Assembly: GCA_963784525.1 (NCBI GenBank)
Contig: CAWART010000001.1
Location: forward strand, 192,767 to 256,766
Origin: Candidatus Aminicenantes bacterium
Lineage (GTDB): Bacteria; Acidobacteriota; Aminicenantia; Aminicenantales; Saccharicenantaceae
Direction: 5' to 3'
Length of the DNA stretch: 64,000 nt
Shown: piece by piece, positions 46,560 through 55,008 of the stretch
How the letters are laid out: every line of letters starts with the position of its first letter
Position numbering within the stretch: the first letter of the stretch is position 1
The notes under the pieces: model-generated
Database searches by the model: none
The model's input: only the letters and a program-made list of their open reading frames with translations
Told to the model about the DNA's origin: nothing
Program-made: the position numbers and the translations under genes

Positions 46560-46694
46560 GCGCATCGACCTCCCCATCGGACGTTCTTCGGCGGCGACGC
46601 CGAGGAATTATGATATCCGAACGCCTTGCCGGAGTCCATTCCCGATCGAGGCCGGGGGAAAGGGAACGGGAGCCCGGAGAGGTCCCGCGACGGC

Positions 46695-48005
46695 TCAACG
46701 GGGGCCCGGCACGGACCAGGAGGGAGTTCCCGTCCACTCCCGGCCGTTCCAATAGAGCAGGCCTCTCCGGAGGGCGTCGAAATAGGCGCCGTCGGCCGGC
46801 CCCTTGAGCTGTCCGGCGCGGACGGCTTCCGCCCTCATCTGCTCAAAACGGTGACTGCTCCGAACCCCGGACGGCTTCAGGTCGAATCCCAACGTGAAAT
46901 AGAGCGCGCCGGGATCCGTGAACAGTTGGATCCTCTTGTCGCCCAGGACGGCGATCTCGACGATAGCCTCGACGGGCCTTTTGAGCTCGGCCACGTCCGA
47001 CCGGGGGAAAAGGACATAACAGAGCTCGGAGCCGGAGTCGACGTCGGGGCTCGAATAGCGCCGTTCGACCTGGGGAGAGCCGCCCGAAATGCGGGAGGCG
47101 TCGAGGATCATGAAATACCCGCCCCGGTATTCGTTGTTCACGCCCGCGATAAGGATCTCCTTCCGGCCGTCCGCGTTGATGTCCCAAAAAAGATAATCGG
47201 CAATGCGCCCCGAGCTCCAAAACTCCCCCCGCGTTCGTCCACGGCGATCCAGAAGCGTGAGCTGGGTCGGAAAATCGTTGTTGTGATCGGAGATCACGAA
47301 GACCTCCGACTCCCCGTCGCCGTCGAGGTCCTCGGTGTCGACCGTATCGATCCTGTAATCGGGGGAGAAGGCGGTATCTCCGAAGGTCATTGCCCGCCCG
47401 CCGTGAAAACGCCAGCGGCGACGGCCCCGGGCGTCGAAACAATAGAGATCGCCTTCCCCGAATTCGTCATCGGTCTGGACGCTGAACAGGACTTCGACCT
47501 TTCCGTCGGCGTCGATGTCCTTGATCTTGAGCCAGGGCATGGCAAAGCCGCCGGGATCCTCGGGATTGCGGATCTTTACAAAGGAGTGCGCCCTGTACCG
47601 GGCTTCTCCTTCGAGGTTATCGAAACCCGTGTCGAATCGCCACAATTCCCGGCCGCCTTCATTCAGCACAATGAAGGAAGCGCCGCTGATCTTGAAGTCC
47701 GCCGGGACCCTGTCCTCGAGGAGTCGCGCCGCGAGAAGAGCCGCGCCCGCGAGGACGAGCGCGACGGCGGGCAGGACGATCGCCGGCCTGAGAAAGCGCC
47801 GCGCGCCGGTCCGCGGTCCCTCCTCCGTGGTGTTCCCGTTCAGCCGCTGCTCCCTCCAGGCGTCCAATTCCCCGGCATACGCGAAGACGCGCGACCGGGG
47901 AACGCCTTCGAGCCGATGGATGGGGAGCCCGAGGGATTTCTCCCATCGGGCGCAGGTCCGCTTGTCGACGCCGAGATAGGCGGAGATCTCCTTCCAGGAG
48001 GCCAT
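46695..48005 (-). CDS. Membrane-anchored HTH (excisionase/MerR-like HTH_17) protein with extracytoplasmic FG-GAP/VCBS-type repeats
   Basis: N-terminus MASWKEISAYLGVDKRTCARWEKSLGLPIHRL...FAYAGELDAW. One TM helix, PAIVLPAVALVLAGAALLAARLL. Then D-x-D-x-DG repeats: KDIDADGKVEVLF, EDLDGDGESEVFVISD, WDINADGRKEILIAGV. The ORF is also open from GTG 48041. Confidence 0.65.
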   Translation of the reverse strand: MASWKEISAYLGVDKRTCARWEKSLGLPIHRLEGVPRSRVFAYAGELDAWREQRLNGNTTEEGPRTGARRFLRPAIVLPAVALVLAGAALLAARLLEDRVPADFKISGASFIVLNEGGRELWRFDTGFDNLEGEARYRAHSFVKIRNPEDPGGFAMPWLKIKDIDADGKVEVLFSVQTDDEFGEGDLYCFDARGRRRWRFHGGRAMTFGDTAFSPDYRIDTVDTEDLDGDGESEVFVISDHNNDFPTQLTLLDRRGRTRGEFWSSGRIADYLFWDINADGRKEILIAGVNNEYRGGYFMILDASRISGGSPQVERRYSSPDVDSGSELCYVLFPRSDVAELKRPVEAIVEIAVLGDKRIQLFTDPGALYFTLGFDLKPSGVRSSHRFEQMRAEAVRAGQLKGPADGAYFDALRRGLLYWNGREWTGTPSWSVPGPR

Positions 48006-48133
48006 AAGGCCCTTTTCTTCGGTTCCGTTCCCCGTCTTCACTTTGATTACGATAATCGATATCCAAGAGCCCGGTCAAGCCGCGGCATGGACTTTGGGAG
48101 CCCGCCCGGGCGGCAACAGGCCCCTTCGGCCGA

Positions 48134-48162
48134 TTGACGGCGGGCCTTCGGCATGTTAATTT
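48134..48162 (+). promoter_or_regulatory. Sigma70-like promoter TTGACG-17-(TGt)TAATTT upstream of the molybdoenzyme operon
   Basis: TTGACG at 48134-48139, a 17-nt spacer ending in TGT, TAATTT at 48157-48162. GGAG at 48168-48171, GTG start at 48180. Confidence 0.35.
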
Positions 48163-48179
48163 AGCGCGGAGAATAGCGC

Positions 48180-50525
48180 GTGACCCTTAAGCTCGACCGC
48201 AGAACTTTCCTGAAGCTCACGGGAGCGGCCACGGGTTCCGCGGCCCTCGGACAGATCCTCACGCCCCTCTCCCTGGAGGGGATCGGTCCGGTCGCTGTCG
48301 GGCCGGACGGGACCAGGATCGTCCCGGTAGCCTGCAATACGAACTGCGGCGGCCGCTGTCGTGTCCTGGCCCACGTGCGGAACGGCGCCGTCATCCGCAT
48401 CAGCACCGAAGGAGGCGCGGACCCCTCGGAGATCCCGCAGCTCCGGGCCTGCCTGAAAGGCCGCGCCATCCATGAGCGCTTCCATCGTCCCGGCCGTCTC
48501 AAGTATCCCATGAAACGGGTGGGCGCGCGGGGAGACGGCCGCTTCGAGCGGGTGAGCTGGGATGAGGCGATCGACCTCATCGCTTCGAACCTCAAGTCCG
48601 TCGTGGACCGGCACGGCCCGGGCTCCGTCTATATCCAGTACGGATCGGGCGATTGCGGGGCCCTGGCGGGAGAGTTCTGTGCCCAGAGGCTGATGAACCT
48701 GATGGGGGGGTACCTGAGCTATTACAACAGCTACAGCTCGGCGTGTCTCCGCTATACGGCGCCGTACATCGCGGGCTATCGAGATACCAATAGCCATCAG
48801 ACGCTCCTCCGGTCGAAGTTCATCCTCCTCAACGGGTTCAATCCCGCGGAAACGGTCTTCGAGACCAATTCGAACTACTATCTGGCCAGGGCCAGGGACG
48901 CCGGAGCCCGGGTCGTCGTCATCGATCCGCGGCTCAGCGAAACGGCGGCGACGTTCGCCGACGAATGGCTTCCCCTCCGGCCGACCACCGACAGCGCGCT
49001 CTTCGCGGCCATGGCCCATGTCATCCTCAGGGAGAAGCTCCAGGACCAGTCTTTCCTCGACAGGTATTGCGTGGGTTTCGACGAGGGCCATATGCCTGCC
49101 GGCATCCCGCCGGGGCATTCGTTCACAAGCTACATCCTCGGCGCCTCCGACGGGGTCCCCAAAACCCCCGATTGGGCGGCGCGGATCACCGGGATCGAGG
49201 CGCCGATCATCGCCCGGATCGCCAAAGAGTACGCGACGGCGAAACCGGCCCAGCTCCTGCAGGGCCTGGGTCCCCAGCGCCACGCCCACGGCGAACAGTC
49301 GGTCCGGATGGGCATTGTCCTGGCCTGCATGACAGGGAACCTGGGTATCCCGGGCGGAGGATGGGGAGGAGGCGAGGGGGGGCGCAGCCTCGGTCTCGGC
49401 TTCGGATCGCTCCCGACGGGAGAGAATCCCGTCAAGGCCCGGATCCCGTGCTTCCTCTGGACGGACGCCGTCGTGCGCGGAACGGAGATGACCGAAGCGG
49501 ACGGGGTCACGAACGGCCCCCTTCCGAGCAACATCAAGTTCATCTTCAATATCGCCGGCAACGTCCTCGTCAACCAGCATTCCGACGTCAACCGGACCGT
49601 GAGGATCCTCAGGGACGAGAACCTGGTCCGGTTCATCGTCGTCTCCGACCTCTTCATGACCCCCAGCGCGAAGTTCGCCGACGTGCTCCTCCCGGCCGAC
49701 TCGTCCCTCGAGCGCGAAGACATCGGCTTCCCCTGGACGGGCGAGCGCTATGTGATCTTCGGGCGGAAGGCGATCGATCCGCCGTCCGAGTGCCGGAACG
49801 AATACTGGTGGCTCAGCCGGGTGGCCGCGCGGCTGGGATTGGGCGAGGCGTTCACGGAAGGCCTGACCCGGGAAGGCTGGCTCAAGAGGGTCGTCGACGA
49901 CGCCCGCAAGGCCGATCCCCGACTCCCGGAATATAAGGACCTGAGAGAGCGCGGATTCCACAGGGAACCCCCGACCGAATACGTGGCCTTCGAGAAAGAG
50001 ATCTCCGACCCCGCCCATCATCCCTTCAAGACGCCGTCCGGGAAGGTCGAGATCTTCTCGAAGACCCTTTACGACATGAACAGGCCCGAAGATATTCCCT
50101 CCGTGCCGAAATATATCCCCGCATGGGAGGGACCGGAAGACCCGCTGACGGGAAGATATCCGCTCCAGTGCATCGGCCCGCACACCAAGGGCCGGACCCA
50201 TTCCACGGCGGACGGCTCGGTGTGGATGGAAGAGGCGGATCCCCACGTCTGCTGGATCAGCCCCGGGGACGCGGAATCCCGGGCCATCGCGGACGGCGAC
50301 CGGATCAGGGTCTTCAACGACCGCGGGGCGTTGGAGATCAAGGCCCGTGTCACCCGGCGCGTCCGGCCCGGCGTCGTCGCCATCGCTCAAGGCGCGTGGT
50401 ACACCCCGGATGCGGACGGGGTATGCCAGCGGGGATGCGTGAACGTCCTGACGAGCCAGAAGCCTACCCCTCTCGCCCACGGCAATGCCCAACACACTAT
50501 CCTGGTTGAGGTCCGGAGAGCGTGA
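48180..50525 (+). CDS. Molybdopterin oxidoreductase catalytic subunit, DmsA type (DMSO reductase family), Tat-exported
   Basis: Twin-arginine signal LDRRTFLKLTGAATGSAALG. FS0 cluster motif VACNTNCGGRCRVLAHV (compare E. coli DmsA CTVNCGSRCPLRMHV). 781 aa. Confidence 0.85.
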   Translation: MTLKLDRRTFLKLTGAATGSAALGQILTPLSLEGIGPVAVGPDGTRIVPVACNTNCGGRCRVLAHVRNGAVIRISTEGGADPSEIPQLRACLKGRAIHERFHRPGRLKYPMKRVGARGDGRFERVSWDEAIDLIASNLKSVVDRHGPGSVYIQYGSGDCGALAGEFCAQRLMNLMGGYLSYYNSYSSACLRYTAPYIAGYRDTNSHQTLLRSKFILLNGFNPAETVFETNSNYYLARARDAGARVVVIDPRLSETAATFADEWLPLRPTTDSALFAAMAHVILREKLQDQSFLDRYCVGFDEGHMPAGIPPGHSFTSYILGASDGVPKTPDWAARITGIEAPIIARIAKEYATAKPAQLLQGLGPQRHAHGEQSVRMGIVLACMTGNLGIPGGGWGGGEGGRSLGLGFGSLPTGENPVKARIPCFLWTDAVVRGTEMTEADGVTNGPLPSNIKFIFNIAGNVLVNQHSDVNRTVRILRDENLVRFIVVSDLFMTPSAKFADVLLPADSSLEREDIGFPWTGERYVIFGRKAIDPPSECRNEYWWLSRVAARLGLGEAFTEGLTREGWLKRVVDDARKADPRLPEYKDLRERGFHREPPTEYVAFEKEISDPAHHPFKTPSGKVEIFSKTLYDMNRPEDIPSVPKYIPAWEGPEDPLTGRYPLQCIGPHTKGRTHSTADGSVWMEEADPHVCWISPGDAESRAIADGDRIRVFNDRGALEIKARVTRRVRPGVVAIAQGAWYTPDADGVCQRGCVNVLTSQKPTPLAHGNAQHTILVEVRRA

Positions 50526-50526
50526 G

Positions 50527-51114
50527 ATGACCGAAAAAACCGGGAGCGGCCGAAGCATCGTCTTCTTCGTGGATACGACGCGGTGCATCAACTGCCGGAC
50601 CTGCGAGATCGCCTGCAAGGACGTGAACGGTGCCGGCCCGGGCGTCCGGGTCCGCCGCGTTCGCGTGTTCGAGGGCGGCACGTTCCCCAACGTTTTCGCC
50701 TACAACGTTTCCATGTCATGCAACCAGTGCGAGGACCCGGCCTGTCTCAAGAACTGTCCGGCCGGGGCCTATTCCCGGAGGGCCGAAGACGGGCTGATCG
50801 TCCACGATCCGGCCCGATGTATCGGCTGCCGATACTGCACCTGGGCATGCCCGTACGGCGCGCCGCAATACGACCCGAAGGCCGGCCGCATCGTCAAGTG
50901 CAACATGTGCCTCGACAAGACGGCCGAAGGGGAGCCGCCGGCCTGCGTCGCCGCGTGCCCCATGCGCGCCATCGACGTCGGGCGTTTCGAGGAAATTTCC
51001 TCCCGCGCGGGGGCGACGATCTCGATACGGGGCCTGCCCGCTCCGTCCCTCACCGGGCCGCGGTCCAGGTATAAGGTGAGGCCCGAGGCCGAGCCGGAGG
51101 ACGAAGAAGGATGA
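50527..51114 (+). CDS. 4Fe-4S ferredoxin-type electron-transfer subunit, DmsB type
   Basis: Four cluster motifs: CINCRTCEIACKD, CNQCEDPACLKNCP, CIGCRYCTWACPYGAP, CNMCLD...PACVAACP. The start is 1 nt after the DmsA-type stop. Confidence 0.88.
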   Translation: MTEKTGSGRSIVFFVDTTRCINCRTCEIACKDVNGAGPGVRVRRVRVFEGGTFPNVFAYNVSMSCNQCEDPACLKNCPAGAYSRRAEDGLIVHDPARCIGCRYCTWACPYGAPQYDPKAGRIVKCNMCLDKTAEGEPPACVAACPMRAIDVGRFEEISSRAGATISIRGLPAPSLTGPRSRYKVRPEAEPEDEEG

Positions 51115-51121
51115 AACGAGC

Positions 51122-51970
51122 ATGATCCCCGAGTGCCCGCTGGTCCTCTTCACGCTGGCTTCTCAGTTGGCCTGCGGCCTGGCCCTCGCCGCGGCGTGCC
51201 TCGACCTCGTCTCCAGGAGGCCCGGTGAATCCGGAGCGAAGGGCCTCGCGATCTCCGTGTTCCCGCTCGCCGTCCTGGGGATGGCGGCGTCCCTCTTCCA
51301 CCTGGGGCGGCCTTTCGCGGCCTGGCGCGCCGTCCTCAATTGGAGGACCTCACCGCTGAGCGCCGAGATCCTGTTCTTCGGCCTGTTCCTGGGCGCGTCG
51401 TTCCTTTATTCCGGCCTCTGGTGGACGGGACGGAAGAAGGGAAGGCTCCTCCTGGGCGCCGCAACAGCCTTCCTCGGCCTCGGCACAGTGATCTCGAGCT
51501 CCCTCATTTATCTCATCCCCGGACGGGAACCCTGGAATTCGGGCTGGGTCCCCCTTTCGTTCCTTGGAACGGCATTCGGCCTGGGAGGAGCGGCCGCTTC
51601 GGCTTTCGGAAGGCTCGGCGGGAATATTCGGATGCGCCGGATCTTCTTATCCGCCGGCGCGGTCGGGGGCGCGGCCATCCTCCTTTCGGCGGCCTGGATG
51701 TTCGCCAGGTTCTCCGGGCAGGCTCCGGACGCTCATGGGGCCTCACAACTGGAAGCCGCCGGGCATCTCCTCTCGTCGGACCTGGCCGCCTTGTTCGGTC
51801 TTTATATCGTCCTGGCGGGGATCCTCCCCATCGCGCTCGCCGTCCTGCGATGGCGCTCTCCGGATCCTGCCAATCGCATCGTGAAGGCGGCCTTTTGGGC
51901 CGTGCTCGCCGGCGCGGCCGTCGGTCGCGTCCTGATGTTCGCCGTCGGGACCCGGATCCCCGTTTTCTAG
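51122..51970 (+). CDS. DmsC-type membrane anchor subunit
   Basis: 282 aa with about 8 hydrophobic helices. Its position as third gene of the operon matches the DmsC/YnfH arrangement. Confidence 0.7.
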   Translation: MIPECPLVLFTLASQLACGLALAAACLDLVSRRPGESGAKGLAISVFPLAVLGMAASLFHLGRPFAAWRAVLNWRTSPLSAEILFFGLFLGASFLYSGLWWTGRKKGRLLLGAATAFLGLGTVISSSLIYLIPGREPWNSGWVPLSFLGTAFGLGGAAASAFGRLGGNIRMRRIFLSAGAVGGAAILLSAAWMFARFSGQAPDAHGASQLEAAGHLLSSDLAALFGLYIVLAGILPIALAVLRWRSPDPANRIVKAAFWAVLAGAAVGRVLMFAVGTRIPVF

Positions 51971-52055
51971 GCGTCCTACCCGACCTCCAACTCCCGGCCC
52001 GGCCGCTCGATGACGCGGATGTAATGAAACCTGACGACGCTCTATCGGAAGGGTA

Positions 52056-52634
52056 TTGATTCCCGGCCGGGTCCGGCGAATTCTGGGGGGGGCACCGACG
52101 TTCAGGCGTGGGCCCGGATTCCCGGGAAATCTTTCTGCGTCTCTCCCCGGACTGGCGCGGAAGAGCGCTTGGGTCGAGGGCGATCACGGCTCCATGGTCG
52201 GCCGGAATACGTATGACGGACTGCTGTTCATCTTCGAGGGATGGCGACTTCCCGAAGCCCTCCTGAGGTCCGCCGATATTGAAAAGATCGAAGCGGCCCT
52301 GGGCGAAACCACGGCACGCTGGGCAAAATACGGGTTTGACGCAACGGACCTGCTCCCGGGGGCCCGGGTCAACCCTCTGGGCTATCAATGGCTCAATCGG
52401 GGGTCTCGGGACGAGGCCATTCGGATACTCGCTTATAATGTCCGCCGTTTTCCGAAGTCCTATAACGCCCTCGACAGCCTGGCCGAAGCCTACATGATCT
52501 CGGGGGACAGCGAGAACGCTGTCAAGTACTACCGTCTCGCAGTGCACGCCAACCCCGGGGACAGCGACTACGCCAAGCGTGTTCTCGCGAATTCGCAGGC
52601 GAAGCTCAAGGAGCTGGGGGCCGAAGGGAAATAG
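52056..52634 (+). CDS. TPR-containing protein, probably the 3' remnant of an esterase-TPR gene
   Basis: C-terminal TPR-like repeats (AIRILAYNVRRFPKSYNALDSLAEAYMISGDSENAVKYYRLAVHANPGD). Only the last few residues of an esterase-type domain remain (GDHGSMVGRNTYDGLLFIFEGW). There are stops in all frames between 51970 and 52035. TTG at 52056, first ATG at 52194. Confidence 0.35.
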   Translation: MIPGRVRRILGGAPTFRRGPGFPGNLSASLPGLARKSAWVEGDHGSMVGRNTYDGLLFIFEGWRLPEALLRSADIEKIEAALGETTARWAKYGFDATDLLPGARVNPLGYQWLNRGSRDEAIRILAYNVRRFPKSYNALDSLAEAYMISGDSENAVKYYRLAVHANPGDSDYAKRVLANSQAKLKELGAEGK

Positions 52635-53376
52635 GCGCCCGCCCTGCGGGCCCGGGCGCTTCCAGCGCGGCGCAAAAGACGGACCTCGTGAGGTCCGCCA
52701 GCTCGCCGACGGCGTCCGGTCCGTATCCCGCGACGGGGATCGGGGGCAGAACGGCCAGGTCGATCTTTCCGGGCCGGATGAGGAGACTGCCCTTGCGGTT
52801 GACGCGATAGGCGCCGGTCTGGACGACGGGGAGTATGTCCAGCCCGGTCTCCATGGCCAGGTGAAAACCGCCGCGCTTGAACGGGCCCAGGTTCCCGTCC
52901 CGGGTCCGCGTTCCCTCGGGAAGGATGATGATGGAATACTCGGGTCGTTCCCGGACGAGGACGGCCGCCCGGGCCAGGCTTTCCCGGGCCTTCGTCGGGT
53001 CCTTCCGGCTGATGGGGATCATGCCGACACGCCGGAGCATCCAGCCGTAGACGGGCCACCGGAAGTGACTCTCCTCCTCTATCGCCCGGACCAGTCCGGG
53101 AAAACGGGAATAGAATACGAGGGGATCGAAGATGTTGACGTGATTCATCATCACGATGTATCGAGCCGTGGGCACGATGTTGTCGATGCCGCGGATCCGG
53201 ACCCGGACGCCGCAGCAGAAAAGGACGAGCCGGCTCCCCGCCTTCATCAGCCCGTCCAGCCCTTTGCCCCGATGGACGAGGGACAGACCGATGATCAGGA
53301 GGCATGAGATCCCGAGCCCGGGGAGGGCGACGACCCAGATGAGCGTCGACCGCGCGGATTCGAGAACGCGTTTCAT
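52606..53376 (-). CDS. plsC: 1-acyl-sn-glycerol-3-phosphate acyltransferase family protein
   Basis: HX4D motif MMNHVNIFD, FRWPVYGW, ILPEGTRT. N-terminal TM helix. The ATG overlaps the stop of the upstream gene (ATGA, 53373-53376). Confidence 0.8.
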   Translation of the reverse strand: MKRVLESARSTLIWVVALPGLGISCLLIIGLSLVHRGKGLDGLMKAGSRLVLFCCGVRVRIRGIDNIVPTARYIVMMNHVNIFDPLVFYSRFPGLVRAIEEESHFRWPVYGWMLRRVGMIPISRKDPTKARESLARAAVLVRERPEYSIIILPEGTRTRDGNLGPFKRGGFHLAMETGLDILPVVQTGAYRVNRKGSLLIRPGKIDLAVLPPIPVAGYGPDAVGELADLTRSVFCAALEAPGPAGRAPISLRPPAP

Positions 53377-54275
53377 GCCAGGATCGTCAGGGCGCCGGGG
53401 AGGACCCTGGCCGTCAGCGGCGTCTCTCCGAGAAGCTCGCCGTCGGCCATGACCCGCAGGGGCGGATCGCCCGTGATCGAGAGGACGGCCGCGGCGACCG
53501 TTTCGACCTTGGGGTGACCCATGTGGGCTCCTGAGAAAACGCGGCTGAAGATGGCGACGATCTCCCTCCGGTTCACTCCCCGGAAGACGACGAGGTCCGC
53601 CCGGCCGTCGGCGGGGTCGGCCGGCGGGGCGATCTTCATCCCGCCTCCGGTGTACTTGGAGTTGGAGATGACCAGGGCGCTGTCGTGCACGGTCCAGGCC
53701 CGGCCGTCCGCCTCGATGTCGATCCGGTTGTCCATCCCCCGGACCAGCCGGACGAGGACGGCGATGCTGTAGCCGAGCGCGCCGAAGCCCTTGAGCTTTT
53801 CGTTCGTCAGCTTGAGGATGTCGGCGATGAGGCCGACGCCGATGATGTTGAGGGACAGGCGCCGTTCCGTCCGGCCCCCCTCGCGGTACTCGAACTCGAC
53901 GAGGTCGACGCGGTGACGGCGTCCGGCGAGGATGTTCCGCAGGGCCTCCTCGGGCGTGACGACACCGAAATCCCGGAGGAACGAGTTCCCCGTCCCCGCC
54001 GGGATCGGCCCGACTTCGACGGGCGAGGCGGGAGGACCTCCGCCGTAAATGCCGTTGATGACCTCGTAAGCGGTCCCGTCCCCCCCGAGGCAGAGGATAC
54101 GGGGGATTCCCTCTTCGGCGGCCCGCCGGCCGAGCTCGACGGCGTGGCCGGGGCGCTCGGAAAAGCGCACCTCGAGCCCGGGGATCTCCCGTAGGAGTCT
54201 CGGCTCGAGTCGGCGGAAACATTTTTCGCCGCGGCCGTGGCCGGCGGCGGGATTGACGATGAGGAGCGTTCGCAT
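53373..54275 (-). CDS. Diacylglycerol/lipid kinase family protein (YegS/BmrU-like)
   Basis: MRTLLIVNPAAGHGRG and ILCLGGDGTAYEVINGI (DAGK catalytic-domain GGDG motif). 300 aa. Confidence 0.8.
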   Translation of the reverse strand: MRTLLIVNPAAGHGRGEKCFRRLEPRLLREIPGLEVRFSERPGHAVELGRRAAEEGIPRILCLGGDGTAYEVINGIYGGGPPASPVEVGPIPAGTGNSFLRDFGVVTPEEALRNILAGRRHRVDLVEFEYREGGRTERRLSLNIIGVGLIADILKLTNEKLKGFGALGYSIAVLVRLVRGMDNRIDIEADGRAWTVHDSALVISNSKYTGGGMKIAPPADPADGRADLVVFRGVNRREIVAIFSRVFSGAHMGHPKVETVAAAVLSITGDPPLRVMADGELLGETPLTARVLPGALTILA

Positions 54276-54388
54276 TTTCGTGCCTGCCAGCCGCTTATAT
54301 CATCCCCGGGGGAAAAGTTCAATCCCGCCCGGTCGGAGTTGATATCGGACGGCCCCCGGGAGTAAGCTGAAGAGGACAAGGGGGCGCC

Positions 54389-54823
54389 GTGACCGACTGG
54401 AAGGACGACCTGAAGAGCTTCTTCGCGGAGCGGGGCTCCGGGGCGACGACGGCGAAAGCCGACGCCGGGGCCCGGGTTGAGGTCCGGAGGTTCTATGCCT
54501 CGCGCGTGAAGCCGGCCTTCAAGGAGCTCCGGAAGGAGCTCGGGCGGTACGGCCGCGAGGTCGCGATCGACGTCGGCGACGACCACGCCTCCATCGATGT
54601 CCGCTTCGAAGGGCGGGTCGAGCTGAGCTATCGGATCGTGGTCCGCGGAACGCGGCCGCACCCCGAATCCTATTACCAGGTCCCCTCGGGCGGCGGGCTC
54701 AGGTCCGAGGGCGCGTTCAAGACGGGGGCCCGTCCGGCCGAGATGGCGGACCTGTCGAAGGACGACATCGTGACCGACTTCCTGAGGGAATACCGGTCCT
54801 GCCTGGCCGCCGTCAAGCCCTGA
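54389..54823 (+). CDS. Hypothetical protein
   Basis: 144 codons. The GTG start follows GAGGACAAGGGGG. Coding-like composition. No family recognised. Confidence 0.45.
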   Translation: MTDWKDDLKSFFAERGSGATTAKADAGARVEVRRFYASRVKPAFKELRKELGRYGREVAIDVGDDHASIDVRFEGRVELSYRIVVRGTRPHPESYYQVPSGGGLRSEGAFKTGARPAEMADLSKDDIVTDFLREYRSCLAAVKP

Positions 54824-54875
54824 TCCCGGGGTCCTCCCGGGCCCGCGTCGCCGGTTGCGATATCCGGAATCCCTC

Positions 54876-54905
54876 TTGACAACGGCTTCCCCATGTCCAT
54901 ATACT
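54876..54905 (+). promoter_or_regulatory. Sigma70-like promoter TTGACA-18-TATACT with a ~100-nt leader before the TonB-dependent receptor gene
   Basis: TTGACA at 54876-54881, TATACT at 54900-54905. GAGGAGG lies just before ATG 55009. Confidence 0.4.
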
Positions 54906-55008
54906 TTTCAAGCAAAGGGGAATAAATGGTCCAAAACGACCGACATCATTTCTCGGCCGGGATCCGCGGCCCGTTGCTCCCCATTTTTTTGACAAGTAGA
55001 GGAGGTGG

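Noticed and set aside
48156-48164. Third occurrence of the AT-rich motif TTAATTTAG, which flanks both palindromic elements, as a solo 'empty site' of the element
   Set aside because: Here it coincides with the -10 region of a plausible TTGACG-17-TGtTAATTT promoter for the dms-type operon. The promoter reading is simpler, and the link to the repeat element is speculative.
48180-50525. Selenocysteine (in-frame TGA) in the molybdoenzyme catalytic subunit
   Set aside because: The ORF is uninterrupted from the Tat signal to the stop. There is no in-frame TGA, and I saw no SECIS-like hairpin.
52085-52092. G8 homopolymer as a phase-variation switch restoring a longer gene
   Set aside because: All three frames carry stops between 51970 and 52035, so no tract length would reconnect the ORF to a longer upstream coding region.
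54906-55008. Possible cobalamin (or other) riboswitch in the leader of the TonB-dependent receptor gene
   Set aside because: It is too short (about 100 nt), and I could find neither a B12-box-like sequence nor the multi-stem architecture. It is kept only as a generic 'leader with a hairpin and T7 run'.
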